From the NCBI RefSeq assembly GCF_001194135.2, contig NC_069004.1, positions 13,158,303-13,222,302 of the forward strand: DNA of 64,000 nt, in the 5' to 3' direction. This document shows positions 12,140 through 25,514 of the stretch, piece after piece. The notes under the pieces were generated by a model. That model ran no database searches. It saw only the letters and a program-made list of their open reading frames with translations, and was not told where the DNA came from. The stretch's first letter is position 1. Each line of letters begins with the position of its first letter. This DNA comes from Octopus bimaculoides (lineage: Eukaryota). The position numbers were made by a program, and so were the translations under genes.

Positions 12140-12885
12140 TTGTTTCCTATACTTGTTCCAGTCATTAGACTGCAGCCATGCTGGGGACTTGGAGAATATT
12201 TAGTTGAACTAACTGACACCAGTACTGATTTTTTGTTAAGCTTCATACTTCTGCTATTGGTTTCTTTTGCTAATCTGCTAAGTTACAGGGACATAACACA
12301 TACACAAAGACACACATGTGTGTGTATGTTCATGTTTGTCCCACTTCCATCACCACTGCCACCACCACCACTTGATGCCACTTGTTGGTTTGTTTACATC
12401 CCCCATAACTTGGTAGTTCAGCAAAAGGAACTGATATAAAGAAGGACCAGACTTCAAAAAAAAAAAAAGCAGCAGGGTTGATTTGTTCAACTAAAATCCC
12501 TTCAATTCAGTGCCCCAGCATGGTCACAGTTCAGTCCCACTGCATGACACCTTGGGCAAGTGTCTTCTACTATAACCTTAGGCCAACCAAAGCTTTGTGA
12601 GTGAATTTGGTAGACAGAAACTGAAAGAAGCCTATTGTACATATGTACATACATACATATATGTGTGTGTGTATCTGTGTCTGTATTTGTCCCACCATCA
12701 CTGCTTGACAACCACTGTTGGTGTATTTATGTCCCCATAACTTAGCAGTTTGGCCAAAGAGACTAATAGGATAAGTACTAGGCTTTAAAAAAAAAAGTCC
12801 TGGGGTTGATTTGTTTGACTAAAATCCTTCAAGGTGGTGCTCCAGCATGGCTGCACTCAAATGAATGAAACAAATAAAAGAATAA
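12140..12885. mobile_element. Cluster of family A SINE pieces in both orientations
   Basis: Minus-strand tail 12140-12300, plus-strand 3' half 12310-12527, near-complete plus copy 12528-12885. Confidence 0.75.
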
Positions 12886-13257
12886 AACTGTTTATTGTGC
12901 ATGAAAGAAAACCTATTGAGATGCATAACAAGTGGCGTAGTGAAGTTTGTTGCCTGCTAGAGAAAGTAAAATGTATTCCAGCTCTGACCATACTCTCTTT
13001 TATTCAATATAACTATAACTTCAGCATCCAGTATGCCCTTTGACCCTTCCACATTCAGATTATTGTCTCACATATAATGCTTACTTATTCACATTGTTTA
13101 GAATTAATCATGCATTATCTCAAAGCTTCGAGATTTTGAAAATGTGATTGTTTAATTTTGTGATGACATTGTAGAGTGTGAGAGATCAGATCTGGCTGGT
13201 TTGAACATAAAACTGATAGAATTATTGGGCCAGATATGGTCGGTTTAAATGCTAACG

Positions 13258-13495
13258 CAGTGGTTCTCAGCCAGTGTCCATATAAGATTTTGTTGTCAAA
13301 ATTTATGTGCAATAAATTGGTTATACTTCTACAATACACAAAATATTTTAACAAGTTTTTGATACAATTCCTAATTATGTCTAATAAAAAATATAATGGG
13401 ATTTTTTAGACATCGAATGGCTATAAGGGACCCCCTTCCTTGAGCAAAACAGGAGTCAAAGGGGTCCATAGGTAAAAAATAGTTTAGAACCACTG
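13258..13495. mobile_element. hAT (Charlie/MER5-like) MITE
   Basis: TIRs CAGTGGTTCTCAG / TTTAGAACCACTG; 8-bp TSD TGCTAACG / TGCTAAGA; inserted in the TIR of a TTAA-type MITE. Confidence 0.8.
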
Positions 13496-13803
13496 TGCTA
13501 AGAGGTTAAGCAGCTCACTTTACCAAATTTAGTAATACTCATCATAAAAGTGGTCATGAATACACAATCACCATGGTCAGTCAGTGGTTGTCAATAAATT
13601 TTAAGGATCTCTTAGTCCTAGTTCAGACTTTCTGATTCATACTGTGTTGAGTAGAAATGGGTGCAGATATAGTTGTGTGGTTAAGAACTTTACTTGTCAA
13701 CTATGTGGTTTTGGGTTCAGCCCTGGGTTGACCAAAGTTTTGTGAGTGGATTTGATAGATTGAAATTGAAAAAAGCCAGTTGTATGTTGTATGAGGAGTA
13801 ACC

Positions 13804-13840
<37 letters not shown>

Positions 13841-13929
13841 TGGGACATTGCTATGATTTGGCCACATCCTTTTGTGGTTAGCATGCATAAGTTATTAAGC
13901 TGTATAGAGAGAATTACTGGCATAGTTCT

Positions 13930-14320
13930 GTCTGTCAGCAGAAAATAAGATGATGTGTTTTCTGATAAATGACAAACTGGTTGTGAAACAGCTGTAAAGA
14001 TAATATTATTCACTTTGCCTAAAAAAGATGCAGTAAAGAATATGCTTCCAATAGCTGAGATAGACAGTATAACCACATGAAAAAAAAAATTACTTGGTAT
14101 GCAGGTTTGTTGAAAACACATGTCCAATGGTTTTAAAATTATATATAAAAGGATTTTTAGAACTTTGACAGCTATTCAGATGAATGCTACGAGACTTGAA
14201 GTTCTGTAGCTAATGCTAATTAGTACTGAGTTGAATGTAAGAATGCAGAGATGGATAAATGTGATACAAAGCTACACCTCTCTACTAATTTGCCACAACA
14301 AGCTAGAATTTCTTCAAAGA
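13930..14320 (+). mobile_element. Very old RTE-like RT C-terminal relic
   Basis: Fragments VC*KHMSNGFKIIYKRIFR, YSDECYE and VRMQRWINV resemble RTE LCDKRM..KGKIYKT, YGxECW and EMRMLRW. Confidence 0.4.
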
Positions 14321-14394
14321 AGAAATAAAGAAAATAAAAATTGCAATTAAATGCAGATATCAGACACACACACACACACACACACACACATCTA

Positions 14395-14610
14395 TGAAGG
14401 GGTGTTGAAAAGTTCCTGGCTTTGGGTAAAAGAAAATACAAGAGGATCAGATAATTATGATTTTGTTCAACATATTCCCCTCTCACATTCACATACTTAA
14501 TGCAGCAGTCTTTCAGTTTTTCTAAGTCTTGTTAAAGAATTCAAAATGTTGGACCTCCAACCAAGCCTTTCACAATACCCTTAAAGCCAGGAACTTCTCA
14601 GCTCCCCTTG
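14395..14610. mobile_element. Mariner-type MITE, 216 bp
   Basis: About 28-bp imperfect TIRs TGAAGGGGTGTTGAAAAGTTCCTGGCTTT / AAAGCCAGGAACTTCTCAGCTCCCCTTG, flanked by TA at 14393-94 and 14611-12. Confidence 0.85.
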
Positions 14611-14648
14611 TATTTGTATATACATGCTTATATATACACACATTTTAT

Positions 14649-14683
<35 letters not shown>

Positions 14684-15139
14684 CATGCCTGTATTTTTTT
14701 CTTAAAACTTTGCCGAGTAATTACCATTTATAACATGCATCCCACATGTGAAGCAAAAATATGCATATTATGTAAAATTTCTTGTGGAATTTTGTTTTGA
14801 TAATTTGAATATTTTTTTTTTTCTCTTAATCTCAGTTACCTTCTGCCATGTCTTGTTAACATACACAACACACACACACACACACATACACACAAAAGAC
14901 ACATACAAACAAATCCTTCTATGTATATTTTAAGGTTATAAATATCATTTCACATGATCAGTGAATAGATAAGAAGACAGTTAAGTATGGTACAAACAAA
15001 AGCTGGGAAGAAAAATCAAGAATCTACAAAAGAAATTATCTTCACACAATCTGAAAACAAATACACTTTCAAATTCAAATTATTTTCTCTATTTTATTTC
15101 ATTATTATTACTATTTTTTTAAAAATCTTACATTCACTT

Positions 15140-15506
15140 CTCACAGACTTAGGTATGGGTTTCAGTTCCACAGTGCGGCATTCTAGACAAGTGCCTTCTA
15201 TTATAGCCCTGGGATGACCAAAACCTTGTGAGTGGATTCCATAGACAGAAACTGAAAGAAGCCCATGACACCCATAAAATCATAGTTGTGGCCATTACCA
15301 GTGTTACGTAAATGGCACCCATGCCAGTAGCATGTAAAAAGTACTCATTATACTCTTAGAGTGGTTGACATTAGGAAGGGGATCCAGCCATAGAAACTAT
15401 GCCAAATCAGGCTGGAACCTGGTGCAACTCTCTGGCTTACCAGTTCCAGTCAAACCGTCTAACCTATGCCAGCATGGAAGGTGGATATTAAATGATGATG
15501 ATGATA
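15140..15506 (+). mobile_element. Chimeric SINE: family A head/CORE plus RTE-type 3' tail
   Basis: A-type sequence up to GAAAGAAGCCCAT, then the RTE 3' UTR ending GATGATGATG; same architecture at 41468-41838. Confidence 0.7.
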
Positions 15507-16020
15507 TATATATATATATATATATGTACTTTAACCATGTAACACAAGCCTTCTGTAGTTTTTTCACTCTTATTATCTTTTATATATGTATATATACACA
15601 TTTATTAAAGGCAAAAAAATCTTTACAAACTGTTACTCAGAGTTTCATGTTACCTCACAACTGTCCAACAAATGGAAATGTGGAACTGAGTAACAGTTTG
15701 TGAAGATTTTTTTTCTGCTTTAATAAAAAGCATATTACTCTNNNNNNNNNNTGTGTGTGTGTGTATGTGTGTGTGTGTGTATATGTTTGTGTGTCGGTGT
15801 TTGTCCCCGCAACATCGCTTGACAACCGATGCTGGTGTGTTTACATCTCCATAACGTAGCGGTTCAGCAAATGAGACTGATGGAATAAGTACTAGGCTTA
15901 CAAAGTATAAGTCCTGGGGTCGATTTGCTCGACTAAAGGCGGTGCTCCAGCATGGACACAATCGAATGACTGAAACAAGTAAAAGAATGAAAGAATAAAC
16001 GAATATACATATGCTTGTGA

Positions 16021-16070
<50 letters not shown>

Positions 16071-16919
16071 ATGTGTGTGTGTATGTGTGTATGTGTGTGT
16101 GTGTATGTGTGTGTGTGTATGTGTGTGTGTGTATGTGTGTGTGTGTGTTTGTTCCTCACCATTGCTTGACAACCAGTATTGAAGTGTTTATGCCCTCATA
16201 ACTGAGTGGTTCAGCAAAAGAGACTAACAGAATAAGTACCAAGCTTGAAGAAAAGTAAATAAATACTTGGGTCAATTCATATGACTAAAATCCTTCAAAC
16301 TTCTTCAAGGCAATGCCCTAGCATGGCTGCACTCTGATGACTGAAACACAACAGATAAAAAACAAAAGATGTCTCTAACACCTTTATATATCTGACAGAA
16401 AATAAATGAATCTCGGTCAGAATTTCTGACTGCATGAGTTTTCACCTGTTTCTTTAACTGGACTACTGGTTCACTGAATTAGCACATGAATGACTGAATA
16501 TTCTACAGACTAGTGTACTTCTAATGTAATCTTCAACCAGGGTCAGCATGACACAGCGTGTGACCAGGTTGAATTACAAGTGCAGTCGCTCGACCAGACA
16601 TCCACATAATTTCTATCTACCCAATTTCATTCACAAGGCCTCAGTTTATCCAAAGCTATGGTGAATATGCCACTTGCGCAGTATTCCATGGTTCTGAGTT
16701 CAAATCTTGCCAAATTTTATTCTGTCATGGTCAATAAAATTAATAGCCATCAAGTAACCAGGATCAATTAAATTGTCTTTATCCTCTTATGTCTTTGTTA
16801 GGATTAGTTTGTATATATGTCCATGCTATAAAGTGGTTGGCGTTAGGTAGAGCATCTAGCCATTAAAACCATGTCAAAAGCAAATAATGGAGCACAATGC
16901 AGCCCTTGGTCAAACTGCC

Positions 16920-17300
16920 CAAACCACGGACTACAGCCATGCTGGGGTGGTGCCACCTTGAAGACTTTTTAGTTGAATGAATCAACTCCAGTACTTAATT
17001 TTTTTTTTTTTTTTTTTGAACCTGATACTTATTCTAATGACTCCTTTTGCTGAACTGCTAAGTTATGGGGATGGAAACACACCAACACTGGATGTCAAGT
17101 GGTGGTGGGGACAAACACAAACACACATACACATATATAAATACATATACACAACAGTCTCCTTTTAGTTTCTGTCTACCAAATCCACTCACAAGGCTTT
17201 GGTTTGTTCAAGGCTATAGTAGATGCCATGCAGTAGGATTGAACTCAGAATCATATGGCTAGGAAGCAAACTTCTTACCATACAGTCACACCTGCACCTG
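16920..17300 (-). mobile_element. Family A SINE
   Basis: Reverse complement of the family A consensus. Further minus copies at about 1851-2097, 2216-2529, 9171-9440, 19270-19430, 36630-36925, 39860-40025, 47200-47620 and 49510-49910. Confidence 0.8.
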
Positions 17301-18767
17301 GATGCAAAATGGCCAGTTCCTGTCAAACCGTTCAATGATGATGATGAAAACTGATTTAGGTGAGACTTGAACTCAAAACATATACAAAATAAAAAAAGTA
17401 AAAAAGAAAAATGCAACCAACTACCAATGCTCCACTGATTCTATCATCGCTGGCAAAACTTCGAAGTTACAGTCAGAATACCAATCTTTTTTGTATGGTA
17501 GACTGCCAGATTCAACATCATATTACTTCATCCTTGGATTTCTTTAGCAGAATCCACTGTATGCATGTATAGGCAGGAACCCACAAGCCATGGTTTCATT
17601 AGGGTGGTTGGTGTTAGGAAGGGCATCCAGCCATAAAAACCATGCCAAAACGAACACAGAAGTCTGGTGCAGTTTTCTGCCTGGCCAGCTCCTGCAAAAT
17701 GGTCCAACCCATGCCAGCATGGAAGGAGGACATTAAACGATAACCACGACAATGATGATGATGATGATGATATATATGGATGCATGTGTGTATGTGGAGG
17801 TAGTGGGGTGTAACCTTTTTTTTTTTTTTTAATATTTCTTATATATTTAATTTAAATTTGATACTTCGGAAATATCAGTTTTCAATTAGACAAATATATC
17901 AATTTGGAATGGTTTTCTGCTATTCCAAATTACTGTATTTAAAAGGTTCACCCACTTATGAGTAGACTAAATGGCATTGCAAAGATACACCCGCACACAC
18001 ATATTTGTGTATATATATAAATGTATATATATGTATGTGTATGTATTTGTGTACATGTATGTGTATGTATATATGTATGTGTGTATATGTATGTGTGTAT
18101 ATGTATGTGTGTGTATACGTATGTGTGTGTAGATGCTCTTTTATGTATATTAATGTGTACGTGTGCATACATGTACGAATATACACCCAGATGCACAAAC
18201 GCAAACACTCTGACACAGCCATGTCGGCAGTTGTTTTCATGTAATGGTGATAAAGATCTAATGTTTATATTAAACAACCAGTGATCTGTTTACTCTCTGT
18301 AATAATAAGCTCACTAAAAAGCTACTTTGGACAGCGGGTGTTCACGACAACCAATATTATATACTACACATGGCTACTTATTGAAGAGAGGAAGGCAGAG
18401 GTGTAGGTGTTTAACTACTCTTTTTCATCTGACACCTCGCACATGCAAGGTTTTTTTCTCTTTTTCCGCTTTCTTTTTTGGCATATTCCATAAGTAGGAG
18501 AGAGAAAGAGAGAGACAAACAGACAGAGAGAGAAAGAGTTCACTTTTAGCTTTCAATGGTTTAACGGTAATTCAAGAGATAATTGAAAGAAAAAATAGAT
18601 AGAAAGAGAAAAAAAAACTAATATCTTGAATGAATTTGTGCTGATGCGGCTTAATAAAGCTGAAATGTGACCATACATGGATGTTCTGGTAATAACAAAG
18701 GGTCCTATGACAAAACATGGATGCTCTTCTTATTTTCCCTCCACTGAGAGAAAAAACCCCCACAAAA

Positions 18768-19206
18768 NNNNNNNNNNNNNNNNNNNNNNNNNNNNNNNNN
18801 NNNNNNNNNNNNNNNNNNNNNNNNNNNNNNNNNNNNNNNNNNNNNNNNNNNNNNNNNNNNNNNNNNNNNNNNNNNNNNNNNNNNNNNNNNNNNNNNNNNN
18901 NNNNNNNNNNNNNNNNNNNNNNNNNNNNNNNNNNNNNNNNNNNNNNNNNNNNNNNNNNNNNNNNNNNNNNNNNNNNNNNNNNNNNNNNNNNNNNNNNNNN
19001 NNNNNNNNNNNNNNNNNNNNNNNNNNNNNNNNNNNNNNNNNNNNNNNNNNNNNNNNNNNNNNNNNNNNNNNNNNNNNNNNNNNNNNNNNNNNNNNNNNNN
19101 NNNNNNNNNNNNNNNNNNNNNNNNNNNNNNNNNNNNNNNNNNNNNNNNNNNNNNNNNNNNNNNNNNNNNNNNNNNNNNNNNNNNNNNNNNNNNNNNNNNN
19201 NNNNNN
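18768..19206. other. Assembly gap (N-run)
   Basis: Other gaps: 15742-15751, 23639-23839, 25062-25224, 31501-31510, 31916-31925, 34094-34103, 55813-56261, 57432-57531 and 62487-63130; most abut microsatellites. Confidence 0.99.
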
Positions 19207-19269
<63 letters not shown>

Positions 19270-20011
19270 GACGGGCTTCTTTCAGTTTCCGTCTACCAAA
19301 TCCACTCACAAGGCCTTGGTCGGCCTGAGGCTATAGTAGAAGACACTTGCCCAAGGTGCCACGCAGTGGGAATGAACCCGGAACCATGTGGTTGGTAAGC
19401 AAGCTACTTACCACACAGCTGCTCCTGTGCACGTGTAACAATTCATCAAATGTTATTGCCAAAATGATTATTTCAAATTTGAAGCTGTGAAACAGAAATG
19501 ATTTCATCATCATTGTTTAACATCCGCTTTCCATACTGGCATAGATTGGACGGTTTGACTGAAAACTGGTAAGCTAGGGAGCTGCACCAGGTTCCAGTCT
19601 GATTTGGGAAGGTTTCTATGGCTGGATGCCTTTCCTAACACCAACCACTCCAAGAGTGCAATAGGTGCTTTTATGTGCCACTGGCATCGGCCACAACTAC
19701 AACCTCATTTTCAAAATGGAAAATAAGTAGTTGGATACCAGTGCACATACAAGAATATGCTATATTAAAAAAAAAAAGTTACAAGCCCCCATTCCCACAT
19801 TACACTTTGAGGAGAACCTTGGGCTGACCAAAGCCTTGTGAGTGGATTTGGTAGACAGAGACTTAAAGAAGGCCGTCGTATATATATATGTACGTGTGCG
19901 TGTGTGTTCGTACCCCCGCTGTCACATGACAACTGATATGTCTCCATAACTGGTATGTTTACATGCCTGTAACATAGCAGTTTGGCAAAAGAGATCAATA
20001 GAATAAGTACT

Positions 20012-20195
20012 ATATATAGGAGAATTCACAAAAAAAAAAACAGACAAAGACAGGTGGTGTAAACAACAAATGGTTGTATTAGTATAACGCTCGGGAATAG
20101 AGACAGTCTTTAACGTTTCAAGCCTACGCTCTTCAACAGAAAGGAACACAGATAGAAACAAGGAGAGAAAAAAAATATATGTAGTGGTCAGCGAT
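20012..20195 (-). mobile_element. Second copy of the Penelope-like relic with minimal hammerhead motif (20107-20143)
   Basis: Aligns to 8489-8672 (ggagaat...acaggtggtgtaaacaac...tattagtat..cgctcgggaat). Motif CTTT-CTGTTGA-A-GAGC-GTAG-GCTT-GAAA-CGTT-AAAG. Confidence 0.55.
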
Positions 20196-20287
20196 CTGTA
20201 TATATATCAGTGCACAGAAGCATGAAGAACAGTGCAGAAACACAATAGATATACCCACACACACACACACATGTTAATCAACAAAGG

Positions 20288-20499
20288 TACACAACTTTCA
20301 CAAGCCAATGTGGAAGATTCTACATAGTCACTCAACCGAATAGAAATAGCAACCAAATCTCCCTCAAATCACATCCTACCATCTTAAACAATAAACTACA
20401 CAACTTTCATAAGCCAATGTGGGAGATTCTACATAGTCTTTCAACTGACTTGAAATAGTAGCCAAATCTCCCTCAAATCACATCCTACCATCTTTAACA
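20288..20499 (+). repeat. Two-copy tandem duplication, period 109 bp
   Basis: TACACAACTTTCA..AGCCAATGTGG..CCAAATCTCCCTCAAATCACATCCTACCATCTT at 20288 and 20397. Confidence 0.85.
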
Positions 20500-21599
20500 A
20501 AAAGTTCACAGAGAATGTGAAGTTAGGTTTCCTGTGTATAATAGATAAAAAAACAGGATGGTTATGGCTGGAATGCCTCTGGTCATAGAACTGTTCAATC
20601 AAGGCTCACCTTAATAACAACAACAACAACATTATTATTTTTGTTTTTTTACACTGACCAGATTTTTCTGATTTTCATCAGGAAATAGTGTTGTTGCATC
20701 ATTCTTAAGAATTCATTAATTATGCAGTGCATGGAACAGCTGTCAACACTGCCAGATTGTTCCTTTTTTCTTTTTTTTATAACATGTATGTGGTGGTAGT
20801 GGTGTTGGTGGCAGGGAGTGCAGATACATAAACTCAGACATACCTGCAGGAAAAAGGTGGATGCCAAAATATGCACGCACACATTAAACGGACGATCATA
20901 TCAACATACATATGAAATGTAGACGTGCATACACACAAACATACACATGGGAACTTGAAACATTTCTTAGCATACTTAAGTCATATAGCCATATATGTAG
21001 ATACACAACAGTACCATCATGCAAACATATAGTTCCATAGTCATACATTTATGCATGCATACTATACAGCTAAAATATACGTATACACACACTCACAAAT
21101 CTGAACATACAAATAAGGTATTACATGCACGCACACACCATAAATTTTTAAACATACACATACATATATATATGCAAACACATACATACATATATATATA
21201 CGTATATATATATACACACATATATATATTCACACACACGCATATACAAACATACATATATATACATGAACACATACACACCCACACACATATTCAGACA
21301 CACATACAAACACACACTGCATTTTATATTCAAACCATGTTCAGAACAGTTTTCTGAATGTACTTTTATTTCTATAGAGAATAAAATATTCTACAGGCAT
21401 ACTCATACATACACACACACAGAGGCTTACTCACAAGCACTCACACACAGTCATCGTACAAATATCTTTAGTAATGAAAAAACAGACACTACTCCGACCA
21501 CATCCTCTGCTGTGTTACACACAAACACATACGGCAGTTAAAACCATTTGTGCAATAGACAGCTTTGCATATATGGGAATACATACAAAACTCTGTGCA

Positions 21600-21722
<123 letters not shown>

Positions 21723-22334
21723 ATGCATTATTAGGAACAGGTTGTCAGAATTTTGCCAAATATGTCATCAGGTATGACAAGTGAGATGTTTACTTTGCAC
21801 AAAATGCATTTTTGTTAATTCTTCAACATTTTCACCTCTGACACACACATATATATGCACATACACACATATATCTATATATATACTTGGCAATCCATTA
21901 GTGATGAGGGTCCCAGCTGATTCGAATCAACTTAACAGCCTGCTCATGATATTGACGTGCAAGTGGATGAACCCTCCATAGACACATGTACCTTTAATTT
22001 CAGGGAGATTCAGAGATTCCCCATGACACACAGAATGTGACAAAGCTGGCCAACTGAATTACATGTACAATTCATTTTTGCAAGCAGAGTGAATTGGAGC
22101 AACATGAAATAAAGTGTCTTGCTCAAGGATACAACGTACTGCAGAGAATTGAACTCACAATCTTATGATCATGAGCTGAATACTCTAACCACTAAGCCAG
22201 GCATCTTCACACACACATAGACAATTTGATGCAGCCAGACATAGTTGAGTAGTTAGGAAGTGGACAGCAAATACTTTTTATGGGCAATTTGATCTTATAT
22301 ATGTTTTTTAATCGAAATCTTTTAATTGACAATA

Positions 22335-22493
22335 AACCTATTTGTTAAATACTGTTAAATAAATAAATGTAAAAATATATGTTATTTTAAGGAAATATTT
22401 ATGTATAAATTTCATAAGCGTTTCTAAGGGGGTCCCTAAGGTAAAGCCTGAAATATAAAGGGGTTCGCAAGTCAAAAAGTTTGAAAATCCCTG
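22335..22493. mobile_element. Partial hAT/Charlie-like MITE
   Basis: Right end ...GGGGTTCGCAAGTCAAAAAGTTTGAAAATCCCTG is a Charlie-type terminus; left TIR not found, so the left boundary is approximate. Confidence 0.5.
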
Positions 22494-22830
22494 CTCTAAA
22501 GAATTGGAGAAGTCTACCATGCAATAATTGCTTCCCATTATATTTATAGACTTCTACAAGAGTGCTGTCAACACCAGCAGCTTTCCCCAGTTTTAAACTC
22601 ACAGACTGTAGTTACTAGTTCCTCTATATTTGGTTATAGACCTAAACTGCTGTCTTACTTCCAGAAGCTGTTGGATACATTCCAGAGCCTCACAAGAAAC
22701 TGTTAAGGGTTGGCATAGAAGCTAAAATGTTCCTGCCAGTGCTTCATAATATAACTTTTCTTGGTGTAGATGTAAGCAGCCATCCTTACACTTCATCAAT
22801 AATAATGCTCAAAACCTGAGTAGGTGTGTG
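22494..22830 (-). mobile_element. Decayed RTE LINE ORF2 fragment (region entering the RT domain)
   Basis: KHWQEHFS..TVSCEALECIQQL and LKLGKAAGVDSTLVEVYKYNGKQLLH match the RTE WxEHF and KAxGxDxIPAE motifs. Confidence 0.7.
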
Positions 22831-23583
22831 TATACATATTATGTCATGAAGGCACATGGCATAATGGTTAGGGCGTTGAGATTACAATCATAAGAAAGTT
22901 ACTTTGATACCTGGACTGGGCAGTGCATTGTGTCGTTGAGCAAGGCACATAATTTCATGTTATTCCACTATATTCAGTTGAAATTGAGCATCAGCCTAAT
23001 GCAGGTGCAGCTCACTTTCCTTCCAGCTGTCAGATCTTGGATGTACCTTCTGGTTTTTTTTTTTGGGGGGGGGTTGCTGTGAATTGTCATCATTGTTGTC
23101 GTTGTGCTCCATGCTGACATAGGTTGGACAGTTTGACAGGATCTGATAGGTCAGTAAACCATTGATCAAGTGGGGTGTAGTATTGAGAGAGGTGACTTAC
23201 ATCAGATGTTGAGAGCCAAGAGTACAGTAGAAGGACAGGAACAGGTATTTCCAAAAATTTGCTTATGTGGAATTCTTGACTTTCTTTGGAAAAGCAAAAA
23301 CACATCCATACAAGTAAGCATCATTCAAATTTCTTTGATTAAAGAATGCAATTTCATATTGAAAATCTTGTATGCACACATTTTTTTCCATTGTGCACTA
23401 ATTACAAAATTTCAATGCACAAGAAGTGCAGACATGACTGTTTGGTAAGAAGCTTGTTTCCCAACCACATGGCTCTTGGTTCAGTCCCACTGCGTGAGAC
23501 CTTGGGAAAGTGTCTTCTATTATGGTCTTGGGCCGACCAGAGCCTTGTGAGTGAATTTGGCAGATGGAAACTCAAAGAAGCTC

Positions 23584-23638
<55 letters not shown>

Positions 23639-23839
23639 NNNNNNNNNNNNNNNNNNNNNNNNNNNNNNNNNNNNNNNNNNNNNNNNNNNNNNNNNNNNNN
23701 NNNNNNNNNNNNNNNNNNNNNNNNNNNNNNNNNNNNNNNNNNNNNNNNNNNNNNNNNNNNNNNNNNNNNNNNNNNNNNNNNNNNNNNNNNNNNNNNNNNN
23801 NNNNNNNNNNNNNNNNNNNNNNNNNNNNNNNNNNNNNNN

Positions 23840-23876
<37 letters not shown>

Positions 23877-24167
23877 ACCCTTATAGTCCTCTGAAAACCC
23901 AGATGATATTCCTTATAAGGTATTTAAAATGCAAAAGTATATTTTTATATGTTTTGCAATTTTAATCTTATTTGAGAAATAAAACAATTGTTGGTTAATA
24001 TGTTGATTAATTGATAAATCAATTTGTATCTCTGTTTTTTAACTCAATATAAATGTCTGAGATCTTATGATATTCTATATAATATATTCACTGAAGGATT
24101 ATATCTTCAAAATTTAATGTATTAACCCAGTGTATCGTGGATAAATATCCTTATAAGAGGTTTAAAT
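23877..24167. mobile_element. Third putative AACCCTT...AGGTTTAA MITE family
   Basis: Begins AACCCTTATAG and ends ATCCTTATAAGAGGTTTAA; related fragment at about 41900-41945. Confidence 0.45.
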
Positions 24168-24659
24168 ATCCCCATTGTGACTAATATAAATATATATATG
24201 TATATATATGTGTGTGTGTGTGTGTCTATGTGTCTTTGCGCCTGTGTTTGTCCCCCACAGTCACTGCTTGTAAACTGGTGTTGATATGTTTAGTTTAGTA
24301 ATAATGGTTAACAAATTTTTGTGGTTGACTCTGTTGATGCATTTTGCTGTTAATGTCTTGATAAAGTTGATTTCCTCAAAGCTGTAAGAAATGATAAAGA
24401 TATCTGTCCTCCACGTTGTGTGTGGGTGCGTGTGTTTTATAAACTTTGATAGGCAATCAGCTGCAATGACATAAGCGTGCACACAAACGCACATACACAC
24501 ACAAACACACAAAGTGCATTATACAGAGAAAATGTGTGTTAGAACATCATACATTGTTCAAGAGACAAAGGCTGAATCTCTAACACACGTACACAAAACC
24601 CTGCCTCACCAGTCTTTCTCTCAAACACAAACAGCTACACCTAGTGAACTCACTAAAGT

Positions 24660-25320
24660 TAGAGAGAGAGGGGGGAGGGAGAGAGAGAGAGAGAGAGGAG
24701 AAAATAGAGAGAGAGGAGAAAATAGAGAGAGAGGAGAAAATAGAGAGAGAGGGGGAGAGAGAGAGGAGAAAATAGAGAGAGAGGGGGAGACAGAGAGGGA
24801 GAGAGAGGAGAAAATAGAGAGAGGGGGGAGAGGGAGAGAGAGAGGAGAAAATAGAGAGAGGGGGGAGACAGAGAGGGAGAGAGAGAGAGGAGAAAATAGA
24901 GAGAGGAGAAAATAGAGAGAGGAGAAAATAGAGAGAGAGGGGGAGAGAGAGAGGAAGAGAGAGAGGAGAAAATAGAGAGGGGAAGAGAGGGACAGAGGAG
25001 AGAGACAGAGGGGGAGAGAGATAGAGAAGGGAGATATATATATATATATAGAAAGAGAGAGNNNNNNNNNNNNNNNNNNNNNNNNNNNNNNNNNNNNNNN
25101 NNNNNNNNNNNNNNNNNNNNNNNNNNNNNNNNNNNNNNNNNNNNNNNNNNNNNNNNNNNNNNNNNNNNNNNNNNNNNNNNNNNNNNNNNNNNNNNNNNNN
25201 NNNNNNNNNNNNNNNNNNNNNNNNAGAGATAGAGAGGGGGAGAGAGATAGAGAGGGGGAGAGAGATAGAGAGGGGGAGAGAGATAGAATGGAGATAAAGA
25301 GATAGAGAATGAGGGAGGTG
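24660..25320. repeat. Polypurine compound minisatellite (AGAGAGAGGAGAAAAT-type units), gap inside
   Basis: Directly visible tandem units. Confidence 0.9.
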
Positions 25321-25514
25321 AAAGAGAGACAACTTTTAAGTAATTATTCTTGTCTGACATGTTAGAAACAGCATCTAAGTTCCTATCAAATCCTACGTAA
25401 ATGGCTCAAAAGAAAACGAAGTAAACATTTGATACAGTAAACTATGCTTTAGAAGAAAAACTAAAAAATTCTGCTGAATGAGGGCCGATTATGGGTTTAT
25501 TTGATCAGGGTTGA

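Noticed and set aside
13717-14127. 136-aa hydrophobic, membrane-like ORF
   Set aside because: Antisense to an RTE relic and running into a (CA)n tract and a SINE.
22690-22760. Single TAG in a long frame, suggesting stop read-through or editing
   Set aside because: The region is a decayed RTE ORF2 with ordinary disabling mutations.
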